A DNA stretch of 62,645 nucleotides, counting the filler, from Vermamoeba vermiformis (lineage: Eukaryota): NCBI GenBank assembly GCA_045837725.1. It is 5 parts of 5 records of this genome, joined end to end, with 100 filler letters (N's around TTAATTAATTAA, not from the genome) between each part and the next. Parts side by side here need not be neighbours in the genome. Positions count along the whole stretch, not along the records: positions 47,702 to 62,645 come from JBEWZL010000248.1; 4 more parts are not named here. The stretch is one strand, 5' to 3'. The notes under the pieces were generated by a model, which saw nothing but the letters and a program-made list of their open reading frames with translations, was not told where the DNA came from and ran no database searches. Both the position numbers and the translations under genes were made by a program. Positions 59,798 to 62,645 of the stretch are shown here, in pieces. The number at the start of each line of letters is the position of its first letter. Within the stretch, counting starts at the first letter, position 1.

Positions 59798-60961
59798 TTA
59801 TACACGCTGCTTGAGAGGATTTAAGCAGTGAAGGTAACATTTGAAAACTAACGTACGAGTAACCATTTGGAATGCTAAGACGATTTGCTGTTGCAGGGTT
59901 AGATCGCGATTGTAATAGTTTCGAAGGATATGCTTAACGAACGCAAATATAAGTTCGATGGGATTTAGCTCGGGTGAGTACTTGGGCAATAACTTCAGCT
60001 GAATTTTTAGCTTATCTAAGTACTGTACTAACTCGGCGAATCCTTCAGCACTAGTATGAATGCGAGAATTATCTACAATCAGGTAGTCACCTTCGCGTAG
60101 AACATCGCGCGTTACACACCAACGAACAAAAGAATTGAAGTCCGAGTGACAGTTCGTTTTGGGTCGAATTACACCAACGATTGGCTCCGTCTCTGGGTCG
60201 ATACTAAACAATTAATACGTTGATGACAAAGCTTTACATCATACCATGTAAGTATAATAGCTGATAGAGTTGGTTCATTTAACGGACCACGCTCATTCAT
60301 TATTACAGGTTGGCCAACTCTGCTTCGGCCACGCAGTCTGCGAACATCTGTGAACAATTAGGTATGTAAATTATTTAATTGCTGGTCAAATTTACCTTTC
60401 TTTTTAAATGAGACTTCATCGATAAATTTGATTCGGCAAAGTGGCAAAAATATCACCGCTTTGAGATACTCCTCATAATAAGCAATATTATCAGGAGTAT
60501 ACTTGTGCACCTGTTTGTACGATGCAACTTTATAACTCCTATTTAACGATTAGTAATCTGTGTTCTAACACTTAACGAACATACCAGCGCCACGAGCGGA
60601 GCACATCATAAACCCAGTCGGGCTTAATATCAGTCTCAAGTAGTCGATTGATATGCTGACATATCTCCTTGGCATGAAGGCTGCAATCGGACTTCAACAA
60701 GGCCCAAATCAGTGCTTCGATTAGCTGTTTCTCTTCGTCAGAGAACTTAGAATAGCGATGCCCGCCCCACTTCATTGGGTGGAAACTGTCATCAACAACC
60801 TTTCTCTTCCAGTACTTGATTTGGTCTCTAGAGAGATTGGTCACCCGACAAACGAGCTTCGCCGGGTAAGTCAGTGCAGCAGCCCCTCCGCAAGCTCTTC
60901 GAAGATAAAACTCCCGCAGTTTACGAAGTCGTTGATGACTTGCAGACTTGTTGTTATTCAT
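59798..60961 (-). CDS. IS630-like DDE_3 transposase (DD38E), 4 exons, intact
   Basis: HTH-like N-terminus, KFIDEVSF, LIVDNSRIH, LPKYSPELNPIE. Three GT-AG introns restore the frame. Confidence 0.9.
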
Positions 60962-61112
60962 TCTGTTGAAAGTAAGCAATTAGATTTGACACGTGGCGAC
61001 TTTAAATAGAGTTTCCTGCTTTCATTCAAATTTCAGTAAGATCTATCGGAGATTTCTACAGCGAGGAGTATCTCTTAAATGCTTACGTGTCATCGATAAT
61101 TGCTAATGCAAC

Positions 61113-62255
61113 ATGTTAAGCGCAACAACACTTGCCTTGCAAGCGTCACAACAATACAAGCACATGAAGGTCAGAGCTCCAACTCCACGACGTTCAGACT
61201 TCAGTTCACAGCATGACTATGATCAAGCCATGCTAAGTTACTACCAAAAGAAGAACCAAGTTCACGCCTACAATCTTCGTCAAGACCAAAAGAGACTCGA
61301 GTTCATCAGCAATGGCTTGGCACAGGGAGAAGCCTTAGTCAACAAAGTGAAGCTCAAGCGTACTGCTAGCCAAATGAGTGATGATGTGGACCAATTGAAC
61401 GATGTCCAGCTCGAGCGTAAATCAAAACGTGGCCGTCCTTCAAAAGTGAATTCAATCGATGTACCAAAGGCAGGCACTCCTGCAGGTAAGTTAGTTAGTG
61501 CATATATTAGTTAATAATTGAAGAATTGAAATTAGGTATTCAAAAGGCTGCGCAGTTTTTCACTACTAATTGCCGAACTGCTAACCCACGATTCAATTCT
61601 GAGGCAGAAGCAGAGCAGGCAGCCACGGTAAATAACATAAATATTGTTGAAATGCAATTAACCATCGAATAGAAGCTATTTAATAATTTGAACAAAACGA
61701 ACGCTGCAATAATTCACATAACTGACGATGACGGAGAGCTAGACTTACGTGGTCAACTTCCAGGTAAGCAAAATCAAATCCAAGCATTTCTAATTAAAAT
61801 TCAGACCTTGACCTTGCCAACGAAGTCGAATTGCCTGCACAACAGGTGTCAGTAGCTCCGTCAAAAGTGTTCGTTAAGAATGAATTCAGTGCTCGACACA
61901 AAGTCAGCTACGACTTTTGGCTCAAAGTATTACCTAGCGAACTGCACTGCTATGCTGATCAACTTGCAACAAGTGGTATTCATGATAAGCATCTAATGGG
62001 ACTCGACAGCACGATTATTTGGCAATTGACGAACGATTTCTCTCTCTGTTGCGAAGTCAAAATTGCTGTGGATAACTATAAGTACGTAGTGTTATTTATA
62101 ATTATTTGTACTTACGACGACGCACTAGGCAATCGTTGAGCTTAAACCAGTTCAACACTAATAATACTAACGTCCGTCCGGTACCACCCGTACCGCCAGC
62201 ACCAGGTGATGAAAAATCACTTCCAAGTACTCCAGTACTACCAAACTATCCATAA
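61113..62255 (+). CDS. Second transposon gene: AT-hook and SAM-like domain protein, 5 exons
   Basis: KRGRPSK AT-hook. FWLKVLPSELHCYADQLATSGIHDKHLMGLD resembles a SAM domain. Pro-rich end and stop at 62253-62255; introns preserve the frame. Confidence 0.7.
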
Positions 62256-62645
62256 ATGCTCATGTTCTCTCCGCTTGCTCGCTCTCCTCGCCGATCGCTC
62301 GCTCGTGACTTTCTTCGTTTTTTTTGTTGTAGTTTTGGTATTCATGTTGTTGTATACATATATTTACGTTTAAAATAAAGGTTAGTTCCGGTGTTGTCTC
62401 AAATCAGTCACGACAAAATAATTTAACGAACACATCCGTCGATCTGCGTGCATCCGTTACTGCCGTAATTCAGGCTTGATTTATTTAATTTTAATTAATT
62501 ATAATTATAATTATTTACTGTTAAAATGTTTAATTAATTTGTTTATCGTTGTTTCTAATTCAACTTTTTAATGAAATTGAAACTTACTTTTAATTTTACG
62601 AGTTTTATAAACAATTTTCCGGGGGGATTTGAGCCCGGTTAACAA

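Larger units (their letters stand above)
59406..62645. mobile_element. IS630/Tc1-mariner superfamily transposon, 3240 bp, long TIRs, two divergent genes
   Basis: Same termini as the MITE and TA at 59404-59405. Imperfect TIRs about 59406-59775 and 62254-62645. Confidence 0.92.

Noticed and set aside
61113-62255. Fanzor/TnpB as the second gene of the IS630-like element
   Set aside because: No RuvC motifs or zinc finger; the protein is short with AT-hook and SAM-like features.

Overview
Eukaryotic DNA, most likely amoebozoan (short GT-AG introns, TTAGGG telomeres, MyoK-, AprA- and LIMP-type genes). The window is five unrelated contigs joined by artificial 100-nt N/TTAATTAATTAA linkers: 1-23178, 23279-34186, 34287-40691, 40792-47601 and 47702-62645. 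Adjacency across the gaps therefore means nothing. Host genes: divergent Ran, nucleotidyltransferase-like, F-box proteins, tail-less myosin I, makorin, AprA/PqaA and CD36/LIMP. Mobile elements: two Ty3/Gypsy LTR retrotransposons, a pogo/Fot1 element, an IS630/Tc1 element with a second gene and its foldback MITE, and three Sola/DUF7869-like DNA transposons. Two of the last group encode a USP-like protease-transposase-chromodomain fusion, and one of those sits with a NEIL1-like glycosylase. The most unusual region is contig 2, a compact three-gene co-oriented unit ending in subtelomeric repeats and TTAGGG. It carries two dense arrays of back-to-back hairpins whose wobble pairs are G-U on the + strand, and a large protein with Rep_trans-like motif order. 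Contig 4 ends with a telomere added in the middle of a coding exon. All family calls come from motif recognition by eye; no searches were run.
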